Source: an uncultured Planctomycetota bacterium (lineage in GTDB: Bacteria > Planctomycetota > Planctomycetia > Isosphaerales > Isosphaeraceae). Taken from it: DNA of 64,000 nucleotides. Both the position numbers and the translations under genes were made by a program. The stretch is taken from the NCBI GenBank assembly GCA_963845755.1, contig CAWJTV010000014.1, positions 27,371-91,370 on the forward strand, given 5' to 3'. The notes under the pieces are model-generated. The model ran no database searches. It was not told the DNA's origin and saw only the letters and a list, made by a program, of their open reading frames with translations. This document shows positions 54,078-64,000 of this stretch, piece by piece; within the stretch, counting starts at the first letter, position 1; every line of letters begins with the position of its first letter.

Positions 54078-55734
54078 ATGGCGAAACTGGCGACCGCGAT
54101 TCTGCGGGACGATCGAGTTGACGACCTCATTCCCCTTTCGGACGGACCGGACGTGCCGGACGATCCCGACGATGTTCCAGCGGTCGGGCTCGCGATGGAA
54201 CGATTCGGTCTCCTGGCCGGCCCGACGGCCCCAGTCGATCGCGATCGGATGATCGAGGCCTGGATCGCCAGCAACCTCGACTTCGACATCCCGGCCGAAT
54301 CGACACCGCCGAATATCTGGGACCGGATTGTCGGTCGTCTGCCCGTATGGAAACGGCCCCCGAAGAAACGGCGCAGCCTGGGCGGCGGTGAGACCTCGTT
54401 CTCGGAGTGGGCCCACTTCCGCATCGCTTATCGGCGTGGGATCACCGTGGTGAGGCTCGTTGACCAGACGCTTGCGAAAGAGTCGAAGGTCCGCGAGCTG
54501 GCCTGTGACCTCATCGACCTTGTCGAGGCGGGAAATCATCGGATCCTGCTGAACTTCCAGGCGGTCGAGCGGCTCGTGAGCTGGGTCAGCCTGGCGGTCG
54601 ATGAGGTCTATCGCCGCTGCCAATCTGTCCCGGGTGGGTCGTTGAAGATCTGCGGTCTCCAAGGTCAACTGGGCGACATCTTCCCGATCGCCGGCATGGG
54701 CCGAGGGATCGAACGCTATCCGGATGAGACCGCGGCGCTCGAGAGCCGCCTGGCCCGAACCCCCTAGTCCCCGTGCACTCCCCGTCGAGATTCTCATGGC
54801 CCTCACCACCGCCGCTGACATGTCCCCGTTGCGGGACAGCACTTCGTCCGAGCCGGCCAGGACCTCGAAGACGGCCCCCCGGCGCGAGTCCTCGAACCAC
54901 CGACCCGCCCGTGGGCCAGCAATCAAGGCCGAGCCGGGTCTCTGGCTGATCGTTCAGATGGGGGGTTCGAAGGGGCGTCCCATTTCGGTCGCCGGCACAA
55001 CCTTTCTCATCGGCCGTAGCCGAGATTGCCAACTGCGGCTCGGGTCCACCATGGTCAGCAAGCTCCATGCGGCCATCGAGCGGCGCGAGGGCAGGAACTT
55101 CTTGAAGGACCTGGGCAGCACCAACGGAACCATGCTGAACGGGCGATTGCTCCGGAGCAAAGAAGCCGAGATCCACGACGGCGACCGCATCCAGATCGGC
55201 CCCGTCATCGCCACCGTGTCCACCGCGGCCCAGCGCGAAGGCGGGGCGAAGGTCGAGGAGCAGGTTGCCGAATGGCTGCACCCGAGCGGCCCGGCGTCCC
55301 AGTCCATCGACGCGCTGGAGACCGCCGTCATCCCGACCACCGGTGGGGAGAACGCGGAAGCGGGCCCCGATGCGCAGATCAAGCTGGAGATCATCCAGGA
55401 TACTCTGGTCGTCACGCCGGTCGTGGGCGAACTCGAGAGCGAGTCCATGATCGAGTTGCTGCGTTCTCACCTCCAGGCCCTCTACGAACGGTCGGCACCG
55501 CGACGCGTCGTCGTCAATCTCGAATACGTCGCCCACCTCTCCGGGCAGGCTATTGGCGTACTCCTGGCCCACCACCTCCGCCTGGATCGCTCCGGCGGGG
55601 CCTTGCGCATCTGCCAGGCGCGGGCCCGGATCATGGCCGTCATGCACCAGGTTCGCTTGACGATGCTCGTGGAATGCCATCCTACCCTCGATGAAGCGGT
55701 GCTTGCCGCATGGCCCTGTGAGACGAAGCGCTGA
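54078..55734 (+). CDS. STAS-FHA-STAS signalling protein (frameshift near 54748)
   Basis: STAS-like ILLNFQAVERL...LKICGL; FHA IGRSRDCQL...VSKLHA...DLGSTNGTMLNG; second STAS VVVNLEYVAHLSGQAIGVL. Confidence 0.75.
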
Positions 55735-55761
55735 TCCTCGAACTGAGAACGAGTCAACCCT

Positions 55762-56766
55762 TCAATCCTCTTCATCCTCATCATCGTCGTCGTAGGGCTC
55801 ATCCTCGGCATCCGGATGGAGCGGGTCATTGGGGTTGAAGAACAGGTCACCGAGGCCCATCGGTGAGTGCTGACCGCCCATGGCCCGGCGCTTACGTCGG
55901 GCGAGGTCCTCGAGATCGGACGCCTCCTCGCCCAGGACGCAGAACAACGCCTCGCGCCAGGCGGCGTCGCGTCCGATCGGGTGCCGGGGGTCTTGCGCCA
56001 TCCGCTTGATGGCGAACCGAAGCAGGTTGATCCCATCTCGCGGAGAGAAGTCGAGCTTGAGGTGGTGCGCCTGCTGGAGGAACTCGACAGTCAGCGCCAG
56101 GAGCGCATCCTCGGCGAACGGCAGGTGGTACTTCAGGATCGCCAGCTCGTCGTCGCGCGCGGGAAAGCTCAGCGTCAGGGTCGGCTGAAGCCGCGAGAGG
56201 ATGTAGTCGGGCACTTCGTAGGTTGACTCATCCTCGTTCATCGTGACGCAGACGCGGAAATCGGGGTGTGCGGGGATCGTGATCCCGGCCACGATGCTCT
56301 CGGCATAGCGCCGATGGTCTAGCAGCGGGGCCAGGCTGGCCCACGACTTCTCGTTCATCCGGTTCCCTTCGTCGAGCACGCAGACGCCGCCGACGAGCAT
56401 CGCCGTGACAAGCGGCGATGCGTGATAGGCGATCGACCCCTTCCCGGCGAGGACCGGGGTGACGATCAGGTCCTCCGGGCGTGTGTCAGCGGTACACTGG
56501 TTGATGAACAGCGGCTGCCCGCGCAGTCGTGCCGCGGCCATCGCCAAGGTCGTCTTGCCGATGCCGGGGGGACCGGTCAGGCGCGGGGAGAGCGGCAGAT
56601 CCCTGGGGTTGACCACCAGCCAGCACGCCAGGAGCTGGCGCAGGATCGCGTCCTGGCCGATCCAGCTCTGATCGGTGGTGTCCGGGGCACCGAGATGGAG
56701 GGACACTCCATCGACCTCGCGGATCTTGTCGATGGGAGTCGCGGTTGCAGAGGGTCGTCCAGTCAT
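55762..56766 (-). CDS. MoxR/CbbQ-like AAA+ ATPase
   Basis: GPPGIGKT Walker A, CVLDEGNR Walker [13 protein letters not shown]. Confidence 0.85.
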   Translation of the reverse strand: MTGRPSATATPIDKIREVDGVSLHLGAPDTTDQSWIGQDAILRQLLACWLVVNPRDLPLSPRLTGPPGIGKTTLAMAAARLRGQPLFINQCTADTRPEDLIVTPVLAGKGSIAYHASPLVTAMLVGGVCVLDEGNRMNEKSWASLAPLLDHRRYAESIVAGITIPAHPDFRVCVTMNEDESTYEVPDYILSRLQPTLTLSFPARDDELAILKYHLPFAEDALLALTVEFLQQAHHLKLDFSPRDGINLLRFAIKRMAQDPRHPIGRDAAWREALFCVLGEEASDLEDLARRKRRAMGGQHSPMGLGDLFFNPNDPLHPDAEDEPYDDDDEDEED

Positions 56767-57016
56767 CGGGATCTCAACTTAGCTGTTGGCGCATGCCATG
56801 GATGTTATTCGTCCGATCGTGGTCATCAACCAGTCTAACGCGTCACCCGGTCTTCGACGAGTCGTGCAGCCTTCAACGGGACGCGGCCGGAGATCGGGCG
56901 CGCCGTGGATGCTCGGGAATTGCCTTGGGTGCGACGCCCGGCTAACCTCGAAGTCTCGGATCCCCCGTGATACGTTGGATCATCCCGTCTTGTTGTCCTG
57001 CTTCGGAGCCAGAGCC

Positions 57017-57865
57017 ATGGATCGTCCCGTCGCAACCTCCGTGCGCGAACCTATCCCCGGACGCGGACCCAACCCCGATAGCCCGCGGGGATCCCAGCCG
57101 TCCCGATCGTTCTCACAGAACTTCCGGAACCGGCTCATCAGCGGCCTGATCTTCTGTCTGCCCATCGCGATCACATTCTCAATTGTCTACTGGCTCCTGC
57201 TGACGATCCAGCGATTCGTCCTCGACCCGATCGCCGGCCTGATCAATCAATTCCAGCTCTGGATCCGGAACTATCCCGGGCTCCAAAGCCTCGATCTTCC
57301 GGGCTGGTGGTTCCGGATCGCTTCGCCGATCCTGGCCCTTCTGCTGGGCGTCGTCGTCCTCTACTTCCTGGGCCTTGCCTTGCGATCGTGGGTCTACCGC
57401 ACGATCGACTGGATCCTGCTCCACGTCCCGGTGGTTGCGACCATCTATCGAGCGGTGCGGAACGTGGTCGAATCGCTGGGATCGCAGTTCCAGGGCGGCG
57501 CCAGTTTCAAGCGGGTCGTTCTCGTGGCGTTCCCCCATCCCGGAATGCGCTCGCTGGGACTGGTGAGCAACTCGCTGAAGGATGCGACCACAGGGCGAAC
57601 GATCCTCACCGTCTTCGTCATGACCGGCATCATGCCGCCGACGGGGTTCACCCTGTTCGTCCCCGAGGAGTCCGTGACCAACGTTGCCTGGAACGTCAAC
57701 GATTCGCTCCAGGCCGTCCTCTCGGGCGGGATCACCACGCCGCCGACCATCCACTACTTCGAAGGACTGACCACCCCCTTGCCTGCTGGTGGCGGGCCTA
57801 TCGTCGATGCCCACGGGAATGCCCTGATCGGTGCCGAGACCGAGAGTCAGGGGAGTGGCGGTTGA
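57017..57865 (+). CDS. DUF502 membrane protein
   Basis: LISGLIFCLPIAIT, HVPVVATIY, FKRVVLVAFP, PPTGF, VLSGG. Confidence 0.85.
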   Translation: MDRPVATSVREPIPGRGPNPDSPRGSQPSRSFSQNFRNRLISGLIFCLPIAITFSIVYWLLLTIQRFVLDPIAGLINQFQLWIRNYPGLQSLDLPGWWFRIASPILALLLGVVVLYFLGLALRSWVYRTIDWILLHVPVVATIYRAVRNVVESLGSQFQGGASFKRVVLVAFPHPGMRSLGLVSNSLKDATTGRTILTVFVMTGIMPPTGFTLFVPEESVTNVAWNVNDSLQAVLSGGITTPPTIHYFEGLTTPLPAGGGPIVDAHGNALIGAETESQGSGG

Positions 57866-58016
57866 GCCCTGCGGAATCCGACACGCCGACCTCGGTACGC
57901 ATCCCGAGCCGATCCGACACGCTGACAGACGCCATTGTGCTACCCGGATTCGAGCGACTCCTGGCCGAGTTGTTCGTGATACCGACCGAGCCGGCCTGAG
58001 GTGCGGCGCAAAGATA

Positions 58017-58040
58017 CGGGAGCCGAGTTCTCGGCTCCCG
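58017..58040. terminator. GC-rich hairpin between convergent DUF502 and groEL genes
   Basis: CGGGAGCCGAG-tt-CTCGGCTCCCG. Confidence 0.55.
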
Positions 58041-58098
58041 CGGGTGTGCACGACCATACGAATCGGCCGCGAGCGCTGTCGCCGCGGCGGACTCTCGA

Positions 58099-59730
58099 TC
58101 AATACATATCATCATATCCGCCGTGGCCGCCGCCGCCGGGCTTCTTCTCGTCGTCCTTGGGCGCGTCGGCGATCAGGGCGTCGGAGGTGAGGAGCAGCGT
58201 GCTGACGCTGGCGGCATTCTGGAGGGCGTAGCGGGTGACCTTGGTCGGGTCGATGATGCCGGCCTTGACCAGGTCGGTGTACTCGTCCTTCAGGGCGTCG
58301 TAACCGTGGTTACCCTTGCTCTCGACGACCTTGGAGACGACCACGCCGCCGTCCTGTCCGGCGTTGTCGGCGATCTGGTGGAGCGGGGCCGAGCAGGCGC
58401 GGACGATGATCTGGTAGCCGACCTCTTCGTCGTGGGTGAGGCCCTTGGGCTTGAGGGCCGCGGCGGCCCGGAGCAGGGCGACGCCGCCGCCGGGGAGGAT
58501 TCCCTCCTCGAGGGCCGCGCGGGTGGCGTGCAAGGCATCCTCGACGCGCGCCTTCTTCTCCTTCATCTCGCTCTCGGTCGCGGCGCCGACGTTGATCTTG
58601 GCCACGCCGCCGGCGAGCTTGGCCAGCCGCTCTTCCAGCTTCTCGCGGTCGTAGTCGCTCTTGGTGTCGGCGATCTCGCGGCGGATCGCCTCGATGCGGC
58701 CCTTGATCGCGTCGTGGCTGCCCGAGCCCTCGATGACCGTCGTGTTATCCTTGTCGATGAGGACCTTCTTGGCTCGGCCGAGGTCCTGGAGCCCGACGTT
58801 CTCCAGCTCGATGCCCAGCGCCTCGAAGATCGGCTTGCCGCCGGTCAGGACGGCGATGTCCTCGAGCATGGCCTTGCGACGGTCGCCGTACCCCGGCGCC
58901 TTGACCGCCGCACAGCGGAAGGTGCCGCGGAGCTTGTTGATGACCAGGGTCGCCAGGGCTTCGCCCTCGATCTCCTCGGCGATGATCAAGAGCGGCCGGC
59001 CCGTCTGCGCGACCCGCTCCAGCACCGGCACCAGGTCCTTCACCACCGAGATCTTCTTCTCGTGGATCAGGATGTAGGCATCCTCGAGGATCGTCTCCAT
59101 GGTGGTCGGATTGGTGACGAAGTAGGGGCTCAGGTAGCCGCGGTCGAACTGCATCCCCTCGACCCACTCGACCTCGGTCTTGAGGGTCTTGCCCTCCTCG
59201 ACGGTGATGACCCCGTCCTTGCCGACCTTCTCGGTCGCCTCGGCGATCATCTTGCCGATCTCGGAGTCGAAGTTGGAGGCCACCGTCGCGACCTGTTCGG
59301 TCTCGGTCTTGGTGGTGACCTTGGTGCTCATCTTGTGGAGCCCCTCGACGATCTCGGCGACCGCCTTGTCCATCCCCCGCTTCATCAGCATGGGGTTCAC
59401 GCCCGCGACGACCGCCTTGAGCCCCTCGTTGTAGATCGCCTCGGCCAGGACGGTGGCGGTGGTCGTGCCGTCGCCGGCCACGTCGGACGTCTTGCTGGCC
59501 ACTTCCTTGACCATCTTGGCGCCCATGTCCTCGTACTTATCTTCCAGCTCGATCTCCTTGGCGACCGTCACACCGTCCTTGGTCACCGTCGGCGAGCCGA
59601 ACGACTTCTGGATGATGACGTTCCGGCCGCGGGGCCCGAGCGTCACCTTGACCGCGCGGGCCAGCTTCGAGATCCCGCGTTGCATCGCTTGCCGGGCGTC
59701 CTGATCGAACGCGATCATCTTGGCAGCCAT
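58099..59730 (-). CDS. groEL: Chaperonin GroEL
   Basis: [55 protein letters not shown]. Confidence 0.98.
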   Translation of the reverse strand: MAAKMIAFDQDARQAMQRGISKLARAVKVTLGPRGRNVIIQKSFGSPTVTKDGVTVAKEIELEDKYEDMGAKMVKEVASKTSDVAGDGTTTATVLAEAIYNEGLKAVVAGVNPMLMKRGMDKAVAEIVEGLHKMSTKVTTKTETEQVATVASNFDSEIGKMIAEATEKVGKDGVITVEEGKTLKTEVEWVEGMQFDRGYLSPYFVTNPTTMETILEDAYILIHEKKISVVKDLVPVLERVAQTGRPLLIIAEEIEGEALATLVINKLRGTFRCAAVKAPGYGDRRKAMLEDIAVLTGGKPIFEALGIELENVGLQDLGRAKKVLIDKDNTTVIEGSGSHDAIKGRIEAIRREIADTKSDYDREKLEERLAKLAGGVAKINVGAATESEMKEKKARVEDALHATRAALEEGILPGGGVALLRAAAALKPKGLTHDEEVGYQIIVRACSAPLHQIADNAGQDGGVVVSKVVESKGNHGYDALKDEYTDLVKAGIIDPTKVTRYALQNAASVSTLLLTSDALIADAPKDDEKKPGGGGHGGYDDMY

Positions 59731-59838
59731 ACGTGATTCACTCCGGGGAAAAGGGATGATTTCGCTTGTCGTGTTCGTTTGGGGATTCCAGAACTCCGGG
59801 CCTCGCCACGGGCGTATCAGCCCGGATCGGTCGCCGGA

Positions 59839-60129
59839 TCAGCCGATGACCGCAAGGATGTCATCCTCGCGCATCAAGAGGACCTTCTTGTCGCCATCGA
59901 TCTTGAACTCCTCGCCGGCATAGGAGGTGAATAGCACCTGCTCGCCGACCTTGACCTGCAGCTCGCGACGCTTGCCGTCCTTGGTAATCCGCCCGTCACC
60001 GACGGCCAACACCTTGCCCTTCTGGGGCTTGTCCTTGGCCGTATCCGGCAGCACGATCCCTCCGGCTGTCGTCTCCTTCGCCTCTTCTCGCTCCACGACC
60101 ACGCGGTCACCCAGTGGCTTGAATGTCAT
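59839..60129 (-). CDS. groES: Co-chaperonin GroES
   Basis: FKPLGDRVVV, TAGGIVLPDTAKDKPQKGKVLAVG, MREDDILAV. Confidence 0.97.
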   Translation of the reverse strand: MTFKPLGDRVVVEREEAKETTAGGIVLPDTAKDKPQKGKVLAVGDGRITKDGKRRELQVKVGEQVLFTSYAGEEFKIDGDKKVLLMREDDILAVIG

Positions 60130-60282
60130 CGACCCGGTCTCCTAATCCTGTGCGGTCTCGCTCGCCTGATGATTCTCGGTTTCGGCGGGGTCGGGAGACC
60201 CGCGCCGAACAGCGCCGGTCTCTCGACGGCGGCCTCCCGGCGCGGCCGTGAGCACGACCCGACCCATTCGCCACTTCCTCTA

Positions 60283-60420
60283 TGCAAGCCTCGTGCCCTT
60301 CGAGCACGTCGCATTATCTCAATATTGGATAAGCACTTCCGCGAAATGGATCGGTCGGTCGGCGTTGGCCCGACCTGCCAACGTGTCGGCCGAGTCCGGT
60401 CAGCCTGCCATTTCGGCAGG
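60283..60420 (-). promoter_or_regulatory. Sigma54-like promoter of groESL with upstream palindromic sites
   Basis: Minus strand GGGCACGAGGCTTGCA (60298-60283; GG-N10-GC); palindrome CCTGCC-N5-GGCAGG at 60404-60420 and a second CCTGCCA site at 60374. Confidence 0.6.
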
Positions 60421-60445
60421 CGAATACCGCGCTTCCCAGTCACGG

Positions 60446-62125
60446 TCACTCATGGCCCTTGCGGAGCGTCGAGAGGGAGGGTTTCCAGGAAACGCCGAAC
60501 CCGTCCGGCCAGGTTTGGCCACTGGAGGATGTCGTATCCATGATTACGATCGCTCCAGCCCCACCAGACGATGGGCGGATCATCGGCGAGGACGCAGAGC
60601 GTTGTCGACGAGGCTTCCGGTCCGCTGCGGGCCGGCCAGAACCGCCCGGGCCAGAATGCCGCGATCCGCTGGGGGGCGCCCGTCCCTCGCGGGCCCAACC
60701 GTCGCAGACGGTCGCGAGGGAGGCTGTGGCCGGGACATCCACCCTCAGGGGAGCAGTCACGTCGTCGTCTCCCCAGGCGATCCTGACATCGCGGCCAGCT
60801 TGCCAGACGGACAGGGGACGGCCGAGAACCGTACCCAGGCGCCGTGGCCTGCTGGCCCGGGCACCGAGGTCGGGTGGATCGCCCGGTGCGTCCTTGACCG
60901 TCGCTCGCCCGGGAATGAGCGAGCGGAACCGGGGCGCGAATTCCCCGGCCAGACGAAGGGCACTCGATTCCTCATCGAGGTGTAGCACCAGTACGGCCGC
61001 GATGGGACGTCCCGACTGCCGAGGATCTCCCCATAGGCAGGCCGACAGGCCGCGGAGGTGGGGCCAGAGATCGGCCTCGGGCTTGACTCCGGCCGCCGCG
61101 GCCAGCAGGTCGAGGCGCGTCCGCAAGGGGGCCATTCCCGCGCGAGCCGGGTCAACGCGCTCGACGCGATCGGCCAGGCCAAAGGCGCGATCCCAGCACG
61201 CGGGATCCGGATCGATGGCCATCGAGAACATCGCAATCGCATTCGAGGAGGGGAGTTGTGCCAGCCAGGCCGGCTCGACGACGGCGGCCCTGGTGCGGTC
61301 TCGCCGCTGCGGCTCACCTCCCGGGAACGTTGACACTACTTCGAGCATGAGCCGCCCATCCCGAAGTGCGACGGTCCCCTCGGCATGACGACAATTCAAC
61401 CCGTGCAGGATTTCGACAGCACGACGCAACCCGAGAGCTCCTGTCTGGGGCATCGGGATTCGCTCGGGATCGAGGCAGAAGATCAGCCCGGACTCGATTG
61501 GACGAGCCGTGCGCTCTGCGACGACCCGGGGACTGGCGGGTATCGCATGCACACCGCGAAGGATCTCCGTACGCGAGTTCCCGACGATCAGCGTCGGGCC
61601 GACATGACAGGCCAACGGTATGCCCGAACGCCCCAGTCGCGCCACCGTCAACTCGCGACCCTGGTCCCGCAACGGCTCGTCGTCGGGATAGGTGAGCCGG
61701 GACGCTGTGACGGCGGCCGCGAGCGTCCCGTCGTCGTGAGGGACGATCGCGAACCAGCGCGGCGAGCCGCTGGCGGGGTCGAGGTCCAGGCGAAGCTCCG
61801 CGTGATCGAGGATTCTCCACTCTCGCACCATCTCCGGGTTAAACATCGCGATCACCGCCTCGAGCGGCTTGCCCAGCCGGCCCGTGTCCTGAGTCGACTG
61901 CTTCCAGGCGGTCAAGACCGCCGCGGGGCTGGCCGCGCGCGAGCCCTCGAAGAGCCGGAGGATCTCCGCGACCTGACGATCCGGATGGACCAGGCGGACA
62001 GTGAACGGTTCACCACCTTCGGTAGGTGCTCCCCACGCTTCACCTGACAGTCGGCCTGACCAAATGATGAGAATCACGCCAAGGGCAATTCGACTCGTGG
62101 ATTGCTTCATCCATGCTGCCTTCAT
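60446..62125 (-). CDS. Hypothetical secreted protein (probable frameshift near 60675)
   Basis: 559-aa ORF with signal-like N-terminus; ORF 60450..60698 supplies a more protein-like C-terminus. Confidence 0.6.
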   Translation of the reverse strand: MKAAWMKQSTSRIALGVILIIWSGRLSGEAWGAPTEGGEPFTVRLVHPDRQVAEILRLFEGSRAASPAAVLTAWKQSTQDTGRLGKPLEAVIAMFNPEMVREWRILDHAELRLDLDPASGSPRWFAIVPHDDGTLAAAVTASRLTYPDDEPLRDQGRELTVARLGRSGIPLACHVGPTLIVGNSRTEILRGVHAIPASPRVVAERTARPIESGLIFCLDPERIPMPQTGALGLRRAVEILHGLNCRHAEGTVALRDGRLMLEVVSTFPGGEPQRRDRTRAAVVEPAWLAQLPSSNAIAMFSMAIDPDPACWDRAFGLADRVERVDPARAGMAPLRTRLDLLAAAAGVKPEADLWPHLRGLSACLWGDPRQSGRPIAAVLVLHLDEESSALRLAGEFAPRFRSLIPGRATVKDAPGDPPDLGARASRPRRLGTVLGRPLSVWQAGRDVRIAWGDDDVTAPLRVDVPATASLATVCDGWAREGRAPPSGSRHSGPGGSGRPAADRKPRRQRSASSPMIRPSSGGAGAIVIMDTTSSSGQTWPDGFGVSWKPSLSTLRKGHE

Positions 62126-62211
62126 GCGGAAGTACCTGAAAGATCAACGATGCAGCACAATCGCCCGCAGATTCGATGTATTCGACTTATCTTTCCCATT
62201 CCTCGCAACTG

Positions 62212-62512
62212 TGGCTTCGTTTTTCGCGATTCAGCCGAATCTCGCTCCATGCTCTCTTTGGCAAATCCGTTATATCTTTCTTATGCCTCTCAGTCGTGGC
62301 TTCAATTTGCACGATGGTGGGGGTCGTTGCCGTCCGAGCGTGGGTTCGATTTGAGGATTTCGATTGGGTTCGATTCGACCTCGGGTTCGTTCACTGTGCT
62401 TCTCTGAAAGTCGCCTCGCCGTGATAATCGCCAGAATTTACCCAGTCCTCCCAATCGTGGCTTCGTTTTGAAAGTTTGTTGTCCGTCAGATCGGGTCGTT
62501 GGGTTCGTTCGA
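62212..62512. repeat. Cluster of seven TGG(C/G)TTCG(T/A)T-type short repeats
   Basis: Copies near 62212, 62297, 62341, 62365, 62382, 62458 and 62500; reverse complement of the 25.7-kb units. Confidence 0.65.
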
Positions 62513-63329
62513 CGCGTTTCGATTCGGCGACTCTCAGCCCGGAGATTGAACTGGCTAGCGTAGCCTTCAGGTGGGACGTTGTTGGAGAGGTCGAGCAAGA
62601 GGATTCTCGGCGAAGACGGACGGTCCGGTCCCGGCCCAGCGTCCCGATTCCGTGTGCCTGACGGCCGGCAAAGGGTGGTTCCGCGCACGATTTTCATTCT
62701 TTATATATTAGGATGCCGCAGGTTTGGAATTTCATTAATGCACCTATGGCGGAATCTGGAAATTCTCTCGATGTAACTATCGTAGCGACCAAGAGATAAA
62801 AAAATCGAAGTAAATTTCAAGGTGTGAGACTGCGCCATCGGTGTGGGTGCACAGACTTTCATGACCGGCTGAGGTGTTCCCGACGTCTCGCGGCCACGGC
62901 TTCCCGTATGCTGTGGTGCGGCGATAGGAGGGGTGGAGAACCATGATCATCGAGGTAACCTCGGCTGAAGGCAACCTCCGACGCTCGAGAACGTCGCCGT
63001 GGCCGGCCCGAATTCGGATCCGTTTCAGAGGAGCCAGGGCCCATTGAGCAGGTTGCCCGATTTCGAGACTACGGCTACCCGAGTCGCGCACCATCAGACC
63101 GGCGAGGGATCCGCGGATGCGGTCGGCATGGTCCGCCGCTGCGGCGTTTTGTCGGGGGACGTTTCCCTGCCGCGTCGCATAGAATCCGCGGGCCGCGGAA
63201 TCGGCCCGCAGCCGATCCCTGCTCGGGGTTCCAGGAGATAGACGACCCAGTCTCCGGCGGTATTCAGGATTGGCGCTCATCCCGGCGTGTTAAGTACAAA
63301 GCGATTCGGGTTCTTCCGCACTCTTGATG

Positions 63330-64000
63330 GTGCGACACGATGTCGTCGATGTGGCTGTGCCGAGGCCTTCGGAGAAGACCGACGGCACCTGTTGTTCTGC
63401 CGACAGGATCCTACCCGGGATAGTAAGCCCCGGAACAACGTAACCTCCTCTCTCGAGAGGGCAGCCGACGCGTGAGCTGACGCTGCGACCGCGAGCATCA
63501 AGGCGGTCGGGGGCCAGGATGAGGTGGATAGGTCAACTTCGGTGAAGCAGCGATAAACGTCGTGAGTGCGAACAAGCGAAAGATGCTGACACGCTTGGGC
63601 CAAAACGGCATGTGGTCAGGTTCGAGGGCTCATCGATCTCTCGACGCAGATGACGGACCACCGGCGGATAGCTGCGACCTTCCCCACCCCGGCATATCGG
63701 CGAAACGTGGTAAGCCCGTCGTCTCCCCGCAAGGGAAAGCGACTCGCAAGAGAAGCCGATGGGGCGGCGGGTAAAGGAGGAGGGAGAAAGCGAAAGCTGG
63801 TCCGTAACCGACCAGATAAGGGTTGAGCCATCCGGCGAGATCACCCTACCCGAAAGGGGGCAGACTTCCCTCTGGTCTTCCGTCACGAGAGAACCTTGGC
63901 CAACCGACAAAGGGAGACAAGCAGATATGTCAGCAGCAGAAATGCCCGCTGGTGCGGCTCCCGACCTTGCAACCGACTGGCATTCCATCAATTGGAAGGC
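63330..64000 (+). mobile_element. Group II intron, 5' part (probably IIB), running off the window
   Basis: Starts GTGCGAC; stem-loop CGACCGC-gagCATCAAg-GCGGTCG carries EBS1 CATCAA (63496-63501), complementary to exon TTGATG (63324-63329); intron-like AAACGTGGTAAGCCC and GAAA/GCAA tetraloops. Confidence 0.88.
63927..64000 (+). CDS. ltrA: Intron-encoded reverse transcriptase/maturase, N-terminus only
   Basis: AGGGAG RBS; MSAAEMPAGAAPDLATDWHSINWK resembles the RVT_N start (GA...WxxIxW). Confidence 0.75.
   Translation, partial: MSAAEMPAGAAPDLATDWHSINWK

Noticed and set aside
58123..59736. Long antisense ORFs (also 26736..28580, 45730..47502, 19532..20773)
   Set aside because: Mirror frames of well-supported genes, expected at high GC.
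62212..62512. CRISPR array (also considered for 25716-25903)
   Set aside because: Units are only about 10 bp, degenerate and irregularly spaced; no cas genes in the window.
62943..63329. Host gene interrupted by the intron
   Set aside because: An RBS-ATG exists at about 62943 but the frame closes early and no family motif is recognisable.

Overview
GC-rich bacterial chromosome segment, most likely Planctomycetota (Isosphaeraceae-like). Evidence is a DUF1549/DUF1553 + DUF1501 pair, a DUF1570 protein, ECF sigma factors (one extended, one coupled to a Ser/Thr kinase) and exported sulfatases. Many genes carry 1-2 nt frameshifts, often in homopolymer runs, which probably reflect long-read consensus errors. 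Family assignments come from motif recognition only; no searches were run. Main discoveries: (1) at 22.3-25.2 kb, a candidate RiPP-like operon with a stand-alone PatA/PatG-like S8 protease, a separate PatG-type DUF protein and three paralogous small precursors, each with a conserved MxxPG(F/L)(S/T)AxxxL leader, a (V/I)xP(S/A) motif and an unrelated core of 6, 6 or 8 Cys, with no heterocyclase or other tailoring enzyme nearby; (2) divergently, at 16.1-21.4 kb, an unbV/unbU-like pair without a PKS, followed by an AhpD-like gene split by an in-frame UGA in a CxxU-xxxH motif with a SECIS-like hairpin (probable selenoprotein missed by the ORF track). Also present: groES-groEL with a sigma54-like promoter, ribF, ycaC, a truncated ISAs1 element, GTAG-type REP doublets and the 5' end of a group II intron at the right edge.
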